A stretch of 64,000 bases of DNA from Callorhinchus milii (lineage: Eukaryota), in the NCBI RefSeq assembly GCF_018977255.1, contig NW_024704743.1, positions 35,156,001 through 35,220,000 on the forward strand, in the 5' to 3' direction. Below, in pieces: positions 25,831 to 39,310 of this stretch. Both the position numbers and the translations under genes were made by a program. The notes under the pieces were generated by a model. That model did not search any database. It was not told the origin of the DNA and saw only the letters and a program-made list of their open reading frames with translations. Within the stretch, counting starts at the first letter, position 1. Each line of letters opens with the position of its first letter.

Positions 25831-27162
25831 GAGAAAAAAAGCTGTTGTTTAGAAGTTAGTGCATTTTCTTTTCCCAGTGATGAAAAGGGGCTCAATGAAA
25901 ATTATATTAAAATAAGATAGAAATGCATGTTCGAGGAATTCAGATCACAACTGAATTACATTATCACACGAGACGTTCAACAAGGAAAAACATTTATCAA
26001 GTGCTTTCGATTACAATCATTCAGTACATGCTACCATCCATTTTTCTCTTTGTCTAACAATTAAATCCTTGATCTTATGGCAGCATTTACATTGCACCCT
26101 TCACTCAGGTAGTATCTCGAAGCACTTAACAGCGGTGTGGTTTGGCACCCTTTTATCCCAATCAAAGTTCAATCGTACCCATGTCTTAACATGGTTCTAT
26201 TCAATTATTTGAAGACATTCATGTCTTATCACAAGTCCAAGTATCAGCCAAAATCTCTCACCCGTGATGGAGTCAATGGAATAACTTATAATCATTTTGC
26301 ATCCAGAGATACCGGTAGACTTGTCATCTCCTTTGTTCTCATTTAAAGGTAGTTGCCAAAAAGCTATTTTACGCCCAAACCACTTTTCCTTTCAACCTTC
26401 TTATAACGCCCACCTCCATCTAAAGCTGCTATCACATCCACTCCCACAAACTTCCAGACAGAATAGAAAAAAAGGCTTGTTGCCATAGCCATCTTTTCTG
26501 AAATCCAGCTTTTCACTCACTCCTTACTTGGCACAACCTTTCTCCTCCAATTTTAATGAAGCTCCTTTGAGATTCCCTCCCTTGCTCCTCTCCAGCTCTA
26601 AGCACACTGTCCTACACTCTTCTTCTTTCGTGCACAATGTAGTTTCTGAACTTAAGGACTGTTTATTTCCTTAATATCCTTTGTTTCTCTTATACTCTAT
26701 AGATTTTTTTAAAAGGGTAAGATACAATTCAGCTAACCTCTACTTTGTTTTAATCTTGGGCCTCTGGCACTTGACCACACAAGTAACTTCTTTAAAGAGA
26801 GGGATTCTGACAGAATAATTAGGATAGCAACTAAGTTTTACCAATAATGAAAGTAATGCTTTAAGGTCAGACTATACGTTTTCCTGTACAATAATTAATA
26901 CAAAACACTCACATTTCTTAACTCCTGAAACTCGGCACTAATATCCTCAGCCTTCATAACATTTGACCTAAAAAAATAGAAATACATTTACATGAATGGC
27001 CAGAGATTGTCACTAACCCAAGGTATGTAAATAAATTACTTTCCATGTAAACAAAAATGATAAATACCTCATCTCTGAAACTGTCAAGCCAGAAATGTCA
27101 AGCACTTGAAATGTCAATCTCCTCCCAACATGAAAGGCACTATCTAAGTAATGCTTTTGGCG

Positions 27163-28077
27163 GGATTCTGGATAAGAAATACAATTCACATTTTCCAAAC
27201 GGTTAAGTCTGAAACAGCAAATGAATTATATTTCATTATTTAGAATTATAGCTTGTTTGCTTTCTCCAAATTAAATTCCATGTTACAAGTGAATAAAATT
27301 GCTGAAAACAAACATTTGCATAATGTTCATTAAGCTGCATTTTAATAGGTTACACAATGCTAACACTCCAGGGCAGCACTTCTTTTCTGTCACCATATAG
27401 GAGTATGGAACTAACAAACGTATGGTACGTTGGTTTCCTTGCCAGGACTGATACTGGATCATGCCAACATTGGATCATCCGTTACAGACTAAAGTACATT
27501 CACTCTCTGCAGGGAAATAATACTCTAACATTTCCATACCTGTTCCAAAAATTACGCAATCTATTGGGAAATTAGAAAGTGGTTTGTTTCCATTAGACAA
27601 GGGGAGAGAAGAGGAAGGAGGGGAAGAGGTGGCAAAATGTTTTAGGGCATAGCTTAACCATCACTGGTGAAGCCTGGCTTATTCTCATGGTTGGGGAGTG
27701 AGATACAGCAAGTTTTTTTTCAGTAAAACAAAGGCTTAGCAAAACTGACAACAAAAGTGTCCACAGTTAATAGGTTTTTGCCAGGGTGCAATGGTGATAG
27801 ATTGTGTTCTGAACATGGAAAAATTCATTCACTGAATGACCAATCTCAGTAATGGTTTGTCAATTGTTTAACTGTTTAATTGTTTAACCTGATCACTGGA
27901 AGGCTGTGATGATTGATACTTTTCACTGGAAGGTTTTTTTTTGGGGGGTGGATTCTGGATAAGAAATACAACTTGAATTTTCCAAAAGGCTAAGTTTGGA
28001 ACAGTAAATGAATTATGTAGTATTATGGCGTGCTTGACTTCACTGATTTAAATTCCATGTTACAAGTGAATGAAATG
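27163..28077 (+). repeat. Diverged direct duplication of about 130 bp (27163-27300 and 27950-28077)
   Basis: Both copies begin GGATTCTGGATAAGAAATACAA and end TTAAATTCCATGTTACAAGTGAAT. Confidence 0.85.
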
Positions 28078-29229
28078 ATGGGATGGCACTAAACCCTGAT
28101 TGTTGGGTTGAATTGTACTTGGCCCCAATTAATTCCCAATTTCCCTAACATACATTTCTTCCTTGAATTCCCTCATTTTGATCTGCATTTCAGCTGCAGA
28201 GCTCTGCACAGATCCGAAATGTTGCTGAGACAAGAGCAAAAAAAATGAAGCTCACAGTGGAAACAGGAATCTAGGTCATCATCATCCTGAGAGCATTTTT
28301 ATTCAAACCTAAATATAGCAATGCATCGTCAAAGTGTTTAATTTATTATTTTTTAGAAAAGTTGGCAATATGGAAAATTTTGACTTTTAAAACGTGCTTG
28401 ATGTCACAAGTAGGAATGCGTCTTTTTTTCAATGATTTCTACTGCAGGATCTGCTTTTAGCTGCATGAAAATTAAATTTTATTGCTGCCCTTATACTTCT
28501 TTAATGGATTATGGTCAAAGCAACTGTTTTTAACAATTCACTTGCTATTAAAATGCACTCAAATTATCTGTTATTTCAAAATTACATGCTCCCACAGCAA
28601 TGCCGTTAACAAGTGCCAGATCAATTCATACGGGGGCCTGGGTCAACAGCTGCAGAGTATCCAAAATCAGATATCCATTGTGAAAACAAATGATCTTAAA
28701 AATGAGATTAGAGACATTTGAAACTAAAACATTGCAAAAACGTCAGTCATTAAAAATAACGACAAAGACAGCAATACTGGAAAACAAATTGCCATGAGCA
28801 CAATTTCTGCAACAAGGGCAGATCTTTAGAGCTGTGGCTAAGCTTCTGTGGTTTAAAGGTCAACATTCCCATGGGTAACACAACACGTCAAAGTAAAAAG
28901 AGGTTAAGATGAAAAACTCCCAACTGCCAATCTGATCTCATCCATTCCAGAACATCCTCCTTGCATTCTCCCAGTGTAGTTTTAAGATGTTTCTTAAATG
29001 AGTCCAATGTTCTGGCCTAGATCACCTTTCCTGGCAATCCATTATAGCAAGTAATTACGCTCTGTTAAAGATGTTCTGCTGTCTCTCCTACAATTTATCT
29101 TCTGAAAGTACTGTTCTGTGCTTAATTTCTCTGTCCTATTTGCATTTCTTTATTTTATTTCACATCTTAAATACCTTGAGAAAGTCCCACTTGAGAAGTT
29201 ACCTACACTTTCCTCATAGCTCACTGTCG

Positions 29230-31860
29230 ATCACAGGGAGGTCAACCTCATTGCACTCCAGTGCAATGCCGCCCTGACCCAAGCTGGTCTCCCCCAAAAT
29301 ACCCCCATCATTGTTCTCGACCCAGCATCACTCTTGCTCTATCCTCTCCTTCCGTCCTCTAAACCCTCTCTCTGCTCCAGCCTGGGAATCCTCCATCCGG
29401 TTCACCATGGTACTCGCTGTCAACTGTTCAGCAGCAGCCACACCGGTTGCCCCATTCCCCATTATCGCTCCAAGGCCCAAAAGCCTCAGACCCCAGGGGT
29501 AAACTCTCCTCCCTCATCCACATCCCCACCCTCCCTGTCAATCCTCCCACTCCCCCCTCTCATCTCACACATTCCTCTGCCAACTGTCCCCTCCAATTGC
29601 CCTGCAAAATGTCCACTCCCTTTCCAACAAAGTCCTCGCGGTCAACGACCTCATCATTGATGGAAACATTTGACATCCTCACCCTTGCAGAAACCTGGAT
29701 CACCCCACGCAACACCTTCCCCCTGATCGAGGCCACACCACCCAGCTAGAATTACCCGTGGTGGTGATATGGTTCATCACCAAGTCATCATGGTGTATCC
29801 TCTTACTCCTCCGGCTGATTCCCTCCTTCGAGCATTTATTTACCCTCTACTGTCCCTCCAATCTTTCCCTTAAAATTCGCATTTATCACCCCCTCAAAAC
29901 TCTTCCACACCTTCCTCTCTGACATCTCCACCTTTCTAGCTTCCCTCTGCCCTTAATGCTTCCTCATCCTAGGTGACTTCAACCTGTACTTCACCCCTTC
30001 TTGCTCTATCTACACTAACGTCTCCTCCCTCTTCTCCCCTCACAACCTCTCCCTACACATCCACTCTGCCACCCAAGTACATGGCCACCTGCTTCATCTG
30101 GTGATTACCCGGGGCTTCAGTGTCTCGGACATCACCATCATCGACAAAGCCATCTCAGACCACTACTTTGTCTCCGTTAACTCTTCAATCCCTCTCCCCA
30201 CCGCCACCCAACCCACCTCCATCTACTTCTGCCCCTGGAAAAAATCTCGCCCTTACTCCCTCTTCGCTACCATGGAGTCATCTGAACTCCTCCCTCTCTG
30301 GGTTTCCTCCCGCATTAACTTATCCTCCCTCCACAATTCCTTCGCTCTCCTCCACAACTTCCTCTCCACATTCTCAATACTCTTGCCGCCATCACCACCC
30401 GAACTACCTCCTACTTACGGAAGTCATCCTGGTACACCAGCCACCTCTGCTCCCTCAAGGCATCACTCCCTCAAGGTGCGTGCTACCAAAGGCACCGAGC
30501 TCAAATCTAACTTAATGGTCCATCGGCAGATCTGGCTGGAACACTCTAAAACTTAAAGCTCCGCTCTCACCTGACTAAATCATCCATCTACTCCAAGATA
30601 ATCTTGGAGGCCAAAGACAACGCCAGGGTCCTGTTCTCCACACCAACCGGCTGCTCCTTCCACCCTCTCAGGACTTGTTCATCCTCTCCTCCAACTGCGA
30701 CGAGATGCTCGACTTCCTCAAGACCAAAATTGAGGGGATCCTCTCAGCTGCCTCTACCCTTCCAACAGCTACCCCCTCCCCATCTCCTACTCACACTCTG
30801 GGCCCTACCCATTCCTCCCTCCATACCCTTGAACGTGTCTCTTCTTCCTTTCTCGCCACTGTTTTGACCCATATGGAACCCACCGCCTACTCCCTTGACC
30901 CCATCCCTACCCCACTCCTTACATCTTAACTCCACCTCCTTGTCCCTCTACTCACAGACATCGTCAATCTCTCCTTGTCCATTTACACCCCCTTAGAAAC
31001 AGCTATCATCAGCCCCATCCTCAAAAAATCTTCCCTGGACCCATCCCTGCTCTCCATTTACCGCCCCATCTCCAACGCCCTTTCCTTTCCAACAACAAAT
31101 TACATTTGTATAGCGCCTTTCATGTCAGGACCTGAAATGAGTTGTTGCTTCCCAGCTTCGCTCCTTCTTCTCCCGCCAGCCCCTCAACGAATCCCTCTAA
31201 TTGGGTTTCTGTGCTGCCCACAGCACAGAAACAGCCTTAGTCAAAGTAACAAACATTTTGTCCGTCTAGACCATCGCTCCCTCTTCTCCTCATCGATCTC
31301 TCTGCTGCCTTTGCCACTGTGGACTACTCTATCCTCTATCGCCTCTCCTCACCTCAGTCTTCATGGTTCTGTCCTTGCCTAGTTCCGATCCTACCTCTCA
31401 CACAGTCTCCACTTTGCCTCCATAAATGGCTTCTCTTCCAGCCACCGCACAGTCTCATGTGGCATTTCTCAGGGCTCATGTGGCATTTCTCATCTTCAAC
31501 ATGTACATGCTCCCTCTTGGTGACATCAACCCGAAACATGGGGTCAACTTGCACATGTATGCGGTTGACACCCATCTCCATCTCTCTACCTCCACCCTCG
31601 ACTCCAGCACCACATGTCTGTCAGACATCAAGTGCTGGATGAGAACCAATTTTCTTCAGTTGAACGTCCACTAGACCAAAGCCCTCCTAATTGGTTCATG
31701 TGAGTGTTTCCACAACTCAGACACTGGTAGCATTACCATCCAGGGATACACATTCCACCTCATCGAGCCAGTCCGGCACCATGGGTTCTTGTTTGACCCT
31801 CCACTGTCCTTTCTACCCCAACGTGAAAAAAGCTATACAAATGTAATTTGTTGTTGTGTT
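29230..31860 (+). mobile_element. Degraded L2 LINE ORF2 (APE endonuclease plus reverse transcriptase)
   Basis: Frameshifted peptides DILTLAETWI, LILGDFN and ISDHYF (APE motifs); LDPIPT, PILKKSSLDPS..YRPISN and LHMYAVDTHL (YADD site, degenerate); (TTG) tail after an internal deletion. Confidence 0.92.
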
Positions 31861-32880
31861 CACAATTGAGAACCTCACTGTGGGTCTGCTTCAGGTACAT
31901 CTGATATGATAATTATCAAACACATCGCTAAATTGACTCCAACTCCTCCTGTCTATTCTCATCTATTTGCAATGAAGCACTTTTTAATCAGCAAGACTGT
32001 GGTTAAATTCATTTTTAATCAAGCCCTAATTGTGGAGCCCCAACAGATAATCTGAAAAAATCTAAAATCATTGGAATCATCTGCAAAACAAAACCTCCCA
32101 CAAATAGCTTTCTGTATCTGAAACTCACAGAGTGCAGAATATGCCACAAGCATCATACTGGACTTTCTCACATGTGAAAGATCACTTGCTCATCCTGCTC
32201 GTTATTCCTAGTCACAAGGGAAAAATACATTTGTTTTCCTTCACGGTGAATTGGCAACCATCTGGTTATGGTGAGCCAGTATTAATTGTATCTCACTACT
32301 GGCCATGCCATATACAGCATCCCATAATTCCGCTGTGAAAGGCAAGTTCATTCTTAAAACTTTATTGCCGTGAGCAGAACTGCTCTGCAACACAGCAAGC
32401 ATTTCCTGTGACCCAGTTTAAAAATAACTTGGATACACGGTCACGCAATCCAATATTCCTTCAGATCCCACATCACAAATCCCAATGCCGTCACTCAGAT
32501 TTCAGTAAAGCTGAACAATGGCTGTGCGAAGCTTCTGTACTATATTCACTTGAACTGTGGAAAGTGCTTTGTTCTTTCAAGCTCAGTTTGGGCTGAGCAT
32601 TCGTGAGCTGTACAGCACTGAAGCACTTGTGATGGTGGTGGTAGTAATGTCACAACAATTGTACTTATATTGTGCCTTTCACATAGGATAACTCAGTATA
32701 AATTTGTATTAAGTTTATTAATTGAATGTTAATTAAGCTTGATGAATTTCCCCGATTGAAATTGTAGGATCCTTCAGAACCAAGGAACCTGAGGTGAAAT
32801 TCTAGATCCACTTATATTAGGGGGCAGAAAGCAAAGCACTGACAGCAACAATCCAAACCACTCACCAAATGTGCAACCTC

Positions 32881-33815
32881 AACAACAATAACAACAAAAT
32901 TACATTTGTATAGCACCTTTCACGTTAGGAGGCGTTGGATAGTGTACAGCATTTCAGACCCGAACAGGGGTCAGGGGGGAAGAAGGGAGGGGAGAGGAAG
33001 GGGGGTGGCCGATGGCATGGTCGTAGAGGAGGGTCTTGAGGCGGGACTTGAAGGAGGCTAAGGAGGGGGCGAGGCGGAGTGACTGGGGAATGGAATTCCA
33101 GAGGTTGGGGGCAGAGTGGCTGAAGGCTCTCCCACCGATGGTGGGGCGGGTGGGTCGGGAGACATGGAGCAGGCCAGAGCCGGCTGAGCGGAGGGAGCGG
33201 GTGGGTTAATAGGGGATTAGGAGGTCGCAGAGGTAGGGTTAGGTGAGGCAGTGGAGGGCTTTGTAGGTGAGGACCAGGATCTTGAACTGGATCCTCTGAA
33301 GGATAGGGAGCCAATGGATTCGGGCGAGAATGGGGGAGATGGGGTTATGGAGTTTGAGAGGACACGGGCTGCAGAGTTCTGGATTATCTGCAGCCTGTGG
33401 AGGGAGGAGTTGGGAAGGCTGACAAGTAGGGCGTTTGCATAGTTGAGCCTGGAGGTGATGAAGGCATGAGCAAGAGTTTCAGCGGCCTGAGGGGTGAGGT
33501 AGTGGCGGAGTCGGGCGATGTTACGCATGTGAGGGAAGGCAGAGCGGGTCATGGCTTGAATGTGGGGGAGAAAAGGCAGTTGAGGGTCGAACAAGATACC
33601 GAGGTTCCTGACTGGCTGGTGAGTTGAAGTGTGCAACCGTGGAGGTGCAACCGTGGAGGTTGATGCTGACAGAGCCTGAGGTGCTGAGGCGCTGGTGCGA
33701 ACCAATCAGGAGGGCCTCAGTCTTGTTCACATTCAACTGTAAGAAATTTGCCCTCATCCAGGACTTGATGTCTGACAGGCAGTCTGTCAGGACAGCAGTG
33801 GTCCTGGAGTTGAGG
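32881..33815 (-). mobile_element. L2 LINE 3' portion
   Basis: Minus-frame peptides CLSDIKSWMRANFLQLNVNKTEALLIG and AFITSRLNYANALL; (CAA)n at the left end. Confidence 0.95.
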
Positions 33816-35700
33816 GTGTGCTCCCGAACGGTGGGCTCAGAGATGAGTAGGAAGCTTGTGCCAGCTGAGGAATGTGGTGGCAGAGAAGTGGGATACACAC
33901 AGAATGTCAGAACGAGATCAGAGGAAATTCTAAAGGGTTCTCTTGACAGTTCTGTATAGCGCTTCACTAAGATCACCCCAAAAATGTCTTTCCTTATGTG
34001 GGGAGTTGGTGTGAAGAAAGAGGTTTATTGCAGCATATGCTAACTTCCTCAATGGTTTTTGATTATTCCTTCACAGCTGGGATTTACACATCTATGTGGT
34101 TCATGTTCAGGATGGTACAGGTTGGCTCTCAAATATCTGAATCTTATCAAGTGGCCACTTGAAGGGTACAGCATTTTTAATGGCTTGAGTTGGTCTCGCT
34201 GGCGCAACTTGTCTGTAGGTTTTATTGATAGCTCGAGAAGCATCTGGTTATGAAAGCTAAGACATTCCCATCACTTTTCATTATAATGATACTAAATACA
34301 CTTAATATATCAATATAACTTCTACTTCTAGCAGAGGTGAAACATCAAATTCACCTTGGGGAATTATGTGCAGAAAAATAAAAATTATGCAAGCAAAATA
34401 TTAAACCGTGCGAAATTACACTTTGATTTTCTTTCAATTTAAATAAAAGATAATATTACTGTAGTCTTCTTAGAGAGATATGAATGCCAGTTATGATGAA
34501 TTTTGTACTTATATAACACATCTTATCGCACAAACTATCAAAGTGCTTTATTGTCAGTCCAAGAGTGAAATAAAAAAAGAAAATTAAACAAAGGTACATT
34601 ATAAGTCTTTGCTCGGTATAATAATATGCAAGATAATTAGTTCTTTCTTTCATACTAGATACGAAAGCATAAGCAGAATAACCTTTTTTAAAAAAACACA
34701 AGCAAAGAAAGTAGAAACTAAAAGAGAAAAGCTTTTTACAATCACCTATTTTTAGATTCAAAAATTGAAATAAAGGTCGTTCAGTTTGTCTTCTGAATTC
34801 ACAAGCATTGCATCTGAACTCATAGCCACTATTTGGCCATTATCGTATTAGCAATAATACGCCTATACATAGTGAAACGTATGTATGCAATTATGTAGGG
34901 GAATAATTGCGTAATTTCCTGGCGTGTAATCAAACCAGAAAAACTCCAAAGGTTGTAAGTACTTGCTCAATGTGTCAGCCTGACAACGACTTGCTCTTCA
35001 AACCTCGATTATCCATCGATTTCAATATTCCACCATGAGATCCCCTCTGTTATTGCTTTACAAAATAACATTTCACAGAAGGGCAGATGTGTTGTAATAA
35101 ATATCATCCTCAAACACCACTTTTTTTTGTTGCAGAAGAATATTGAATCATGCTCAAGGAGCTGAATAGCTGACTCTTGTTCCTATGTTCCTGAGTGTTA
35201 CAGCTTATTCCAGGTTATGGTGGGCAAATTTGAGACAGACGAGATTACTGTCTGCAAGTGTTTCTTTGATCAGAAGTATTTCGTACACAGATGGTAATCA
35301 ATGGGGTTATCAAGCTGAAGTCAGGTCATTGGACTCAATTCAGATATATTTTGATGCTGTAATGGCAAGATAGTAGGGGTTGTTATTCTGAAAGGAAGTG
35401 TAAATGAACTAAATGGGGCCTCTTCAACTCTTATTAATGTGTTCTCTCTGGTAACTACAGGGATCTGCAGGGATTATTGGCATTCTTTCAAAGAGAATTC
35501 CTCACTACTAGATGAAAGATCTTAGCAGAAAATATACAGAGACACCAAGCTACAATGTTAATTTTTAAGTATTGCTCCTTTGCATTTAAGAATTTTGCTG
35601 TTATTATTTAATACAATACAAAAACTTGTTCCGTGTTGAAAGCAAAAAGTAGCTGCAGTACTAACAATTGAGCCAAGCTGATAATTGTTATCACATAAAT

Positions 35701-36047
35701 GGAGTTCACTGCGTATTGGTTAGAGCACTCACCTCACAAGCAATAGGTTCTGGGTTCAATTCCTGGGCGAAACATTTGGCAAGTTTTCTTACTCCACACA
35801 CCTCCATTTACCCAGCAGAAAGTAGGAACCCAGTTAAGACGATTGGCAAATCCCTTCAATATAAAAAAATAATTTGGCCACTCAATCCACTGGCTGTTTG
35901 TGGAACGCTGCTGTGCGGAATTGGTTGCTCCATTTCGCTCACAAAATATGCAGTCAATTCACATTACAGTATATTCTGTGAAGTACTTTGAGATGTCTCG
36001 AAGATAAGGCGCTATATCAAACGCAATGATAAATATATTATTATTAT
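35701..36047 (+). mobile_element. tRNA-headed SINE, long subfamily, diverged
   Basis: Degenerate head, CORE-like segment, Deu-like body, (TTA)n tail. Confidence 0.85.
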
Positions 36048-38956
36048 AAAGCAAAGTTCTAAAGTCATAAGATGCAGAATGCACTGAAAGTAAAATGAGA
36101 CGGATTCCACACCTAAAAAATAAACTGAGGCAAATACCAATTGAATGCTTCCTTTGACCACATGACAAAGTGGGTCTAGGCTTCCCTTTAAGCTAGTGCT
36201 ACAACTGGCTAATTATTAAGTCAGATGTGTTAAGGACACAAAACCCAACATCTACTAAACTGATCTATACAAAGATTTCGGCTCAGAAAACAGTATTATT
36301 ATACTAGGCACAAACGCAGCATTCATTCATTTCATCTGCACATTTTGCACACCGAGTCCGGACTAGGCTCGGCACACAATTCCAAAGGAACATTCCCTTA
36401 AATTCTAATTCAGCGTAAAGCACACTTTGGTTTTGAGACAAAGCAGCTGTCATGTTGTGACTATTTAGCAAGATACTTGTATATTGTTGTCTGAGACCAT
36501 TACCAAGTTGTCCAAATTTTACATTGTACCAAATGTGAATTCAGCAATAATTCCTCACAATTACATACAGTCCTGTATAAGGACGAATTGTAACCTTGGG
36601 ATGGAAATATGAATACTTGTCATGAAACTATTGTACAGGGAATGAAAACAAAGCCAACAGTATATCAGATACTGAATAATACAAACGTTCCTGTAATTCT
36701 CATTAGCTCCAACTGAAAGGTTGCACTGATATTCAATTTGCAGAAGAAGACAATGCAGACGAGTTCTCAGGAGAGACCAGTGGGACATGCTGAAACCAGG
36801 ATTCAACGGACATTACATAATAATGAGGCAATGGTAATAAACAGGCATATTTATCCTTTGGATTTCACTGCTTGCAACCTGGGGACTTTTAATCCTACAT
36901 TTGATAGCCACACATTGCATTCTGCAGCTGCCATGTTAGTAATTAAGCTGCAAACCAACACAGTATTTTTTACTCTCTGGGATATAATGGCCAAATTTTA
37001 TATTTGTATCCTGTATTGTCTATCTCCTTTAAATCTGGTGAAAAAGGATGTACAAAATGTACAGTATTTAAGATAGCCAATTCCTCTCATTAGGAACACT
37101 CAATTGTAAATAACTGATTTAATTATTCAATTGTTCTCATCAGCTAACACTATTAAAATGTACATGTGCTAAGGCAATCTATCCTTGGGGTTGTAAAGAA
37201 ATAAATTTAATAGCACAGTTTGAATAGTAGTTTTCCATCAGAAAAGTGACTTAAAACCAATCCATTGAGCTCCTTGGGATCTGCTCGGTGCTCCAAAATA
37301 TTTTTCCCCGATTCTCTTCTCTGGAAAACAGTAACTTCACAGGTGGCAACACTAAAGAGACTTCTACCACCCGAGCCAAGCTGGCACCCGTTTCTGTAAT
37401 GTTTCTATTCGGTAGGTGATCACAAAGAAAAATCTAGGCCTTCTTTCAGTTGGTTTACTTGCCTGAGAATCCCAAGTCCGCATTAGCTTGTTGACACCAA
37501 TGTGCCTGACCATGATTGGGTGCCATTAGAATAGTGAAGACTAAAAAACAGATTCAGAGCACCACCTCTAGCTAACATTATTTCTCAAAAGGATGAGTTT
37601 GTTATGGGCTTCAGCACTGAACATGCAATTGTAGGATACAATGTTATTTCAGATGATAGGAATAAATTAACTAAGTTGCACTCCAGCAAATTCTGAAGTT
37701 ATCTGAACCATCAATGCCTGGTAGTAATGGCTAGCTATATTACGACAACAACATCAACAAAAAAATTACATTTGTATAGCGCCTTTCACGTCGGGAGGAT
37801 GTCCCAAGTGGGCGAATGATAGAGAGAAAGAATGAGAAGGAGGTAGAGAAGAGAGAAAAGGACAGGAGTCACAAGACCCAAATGTAATTTCTTCCCATTA
37901 ACGTATATCAATCTTTAAATGGACATCAAGTAAAATGCTGACCATTATGCTCTACTGAAAATCTATTTTTTTTACAAAAAATAAAGTGTCTGCATTGTAG
38001 CTGTGCAACTTTTTTAACAACGACCAATATTAAATCCCAGTGATAACACTGAAGTACAATGCACAATTTCTTGCATTCAGTTAGGAAAAGAGTTAATATC
38101 ACTCCTATTCATGGAGCTCTTCAGCTCCTGCTTCACATTTGGTAGAAGCTGAATGAGATTTTTTGTTTCCTTTCAGAAATACTGCTAACCACCACACTTT
38201 TTCAATTTAAGTGTACATTGCAAATAAAGTCAAATATCTGAAGATGAACTTAAAGGCAATAATTCAATCTCACAGATCTGCTGACGTTCATAAAGCCCTC
38301 CAGCTGCAGTCCCCACTGGCCTCACTACCAGAACTGCTCAATTGAATTACTTGCCAATCATCTATAATCCTGCATAAAAGCGCAGAATAATTAGTGTTTA
38401 ACAAGTGACCCCCCCATCAAGTGGCTACTCCCAGCAATACAGTGACCATTAATGTGCATATTGCATGCAAAGGAGGAAGCAACTAGGTTTTACTAAAATA
38501 GCAAGTACTATCCTTAGGAAAGTCCCTCAAATTTACTTCAGGGATATCAATCAATGGGGTTTTGTTGGGAGGTGGGGGAGAAAAGAGAGAGAGTGAGGAC
38601 AAAAAAAGGAAAGATAGAAGGAGAAGTGTTATGTGCAGAAGTTACATAAAGATCAGTAGTGAAATAATTTATATAAAACATTGAATTGCTGGCACATTGG
38701 ATTAAGTAACAAATCAATTGGTCCTATTCTAAGTTCCTATGGGTTCAATAGGTGGAAGATCAGAGTTTCTAACCTGCTGTCATTCTTTCATTCCATATAA
38801 GCACAAGAGTATCTTTAATAATCCTGGGGTATCCACCCGATTCTTAATAAACGTTAAAGCTTTTGGTAGATCACTTGATTCTTAAGTGATATTATACGTG
38901 AAATTAAATGAAATTACATATTTTAACATCTGATGAGAGAAAGGGGAAGGGATTTG

Positions 38957-39310
38957 CTGTAAAATGTAGTGACTGTATATTTTGAAGGTTAATGTGGTAA
39001 CAGATTTACACACAGGAATGTTCCACAAATAGCCATAAAGTTAATGACCAATATTATCTACAGGATTGTTGGTAAGGCCATGGGGAGAAACTCTGTTCTC
39101 TTTTTGAACAGTGCCATGGGATCTTTAACATTTACCTGAACAGGCAGGTGGAACCTCAGTTTAATGTATCATCCGAAAGACGGCACCTCTGACACATGCA
39201 ACACAACCTCAGCATGTAATGGAGTATTAGCCTGGATCATATGAGTGCAGTTTGAATTTACAACCTTCTGATTCAGAGGCAAGAATGTTACTAACTGAGC
39301 CAGGTTGACA
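38957..39310 (-). mobile_element. Older DeuSINE
   Basis: Colinear with 8728-9163; tail degraded. Confidence 0.82.

Noticed and set aside
37251..37330. Possible alternative terminal exon of LYRM4 (TTTTCCAG| then REENRGKIFW...*)
   Set aside because: Only an acceptor-like motif and a short frame, with no homology or expression evidence.
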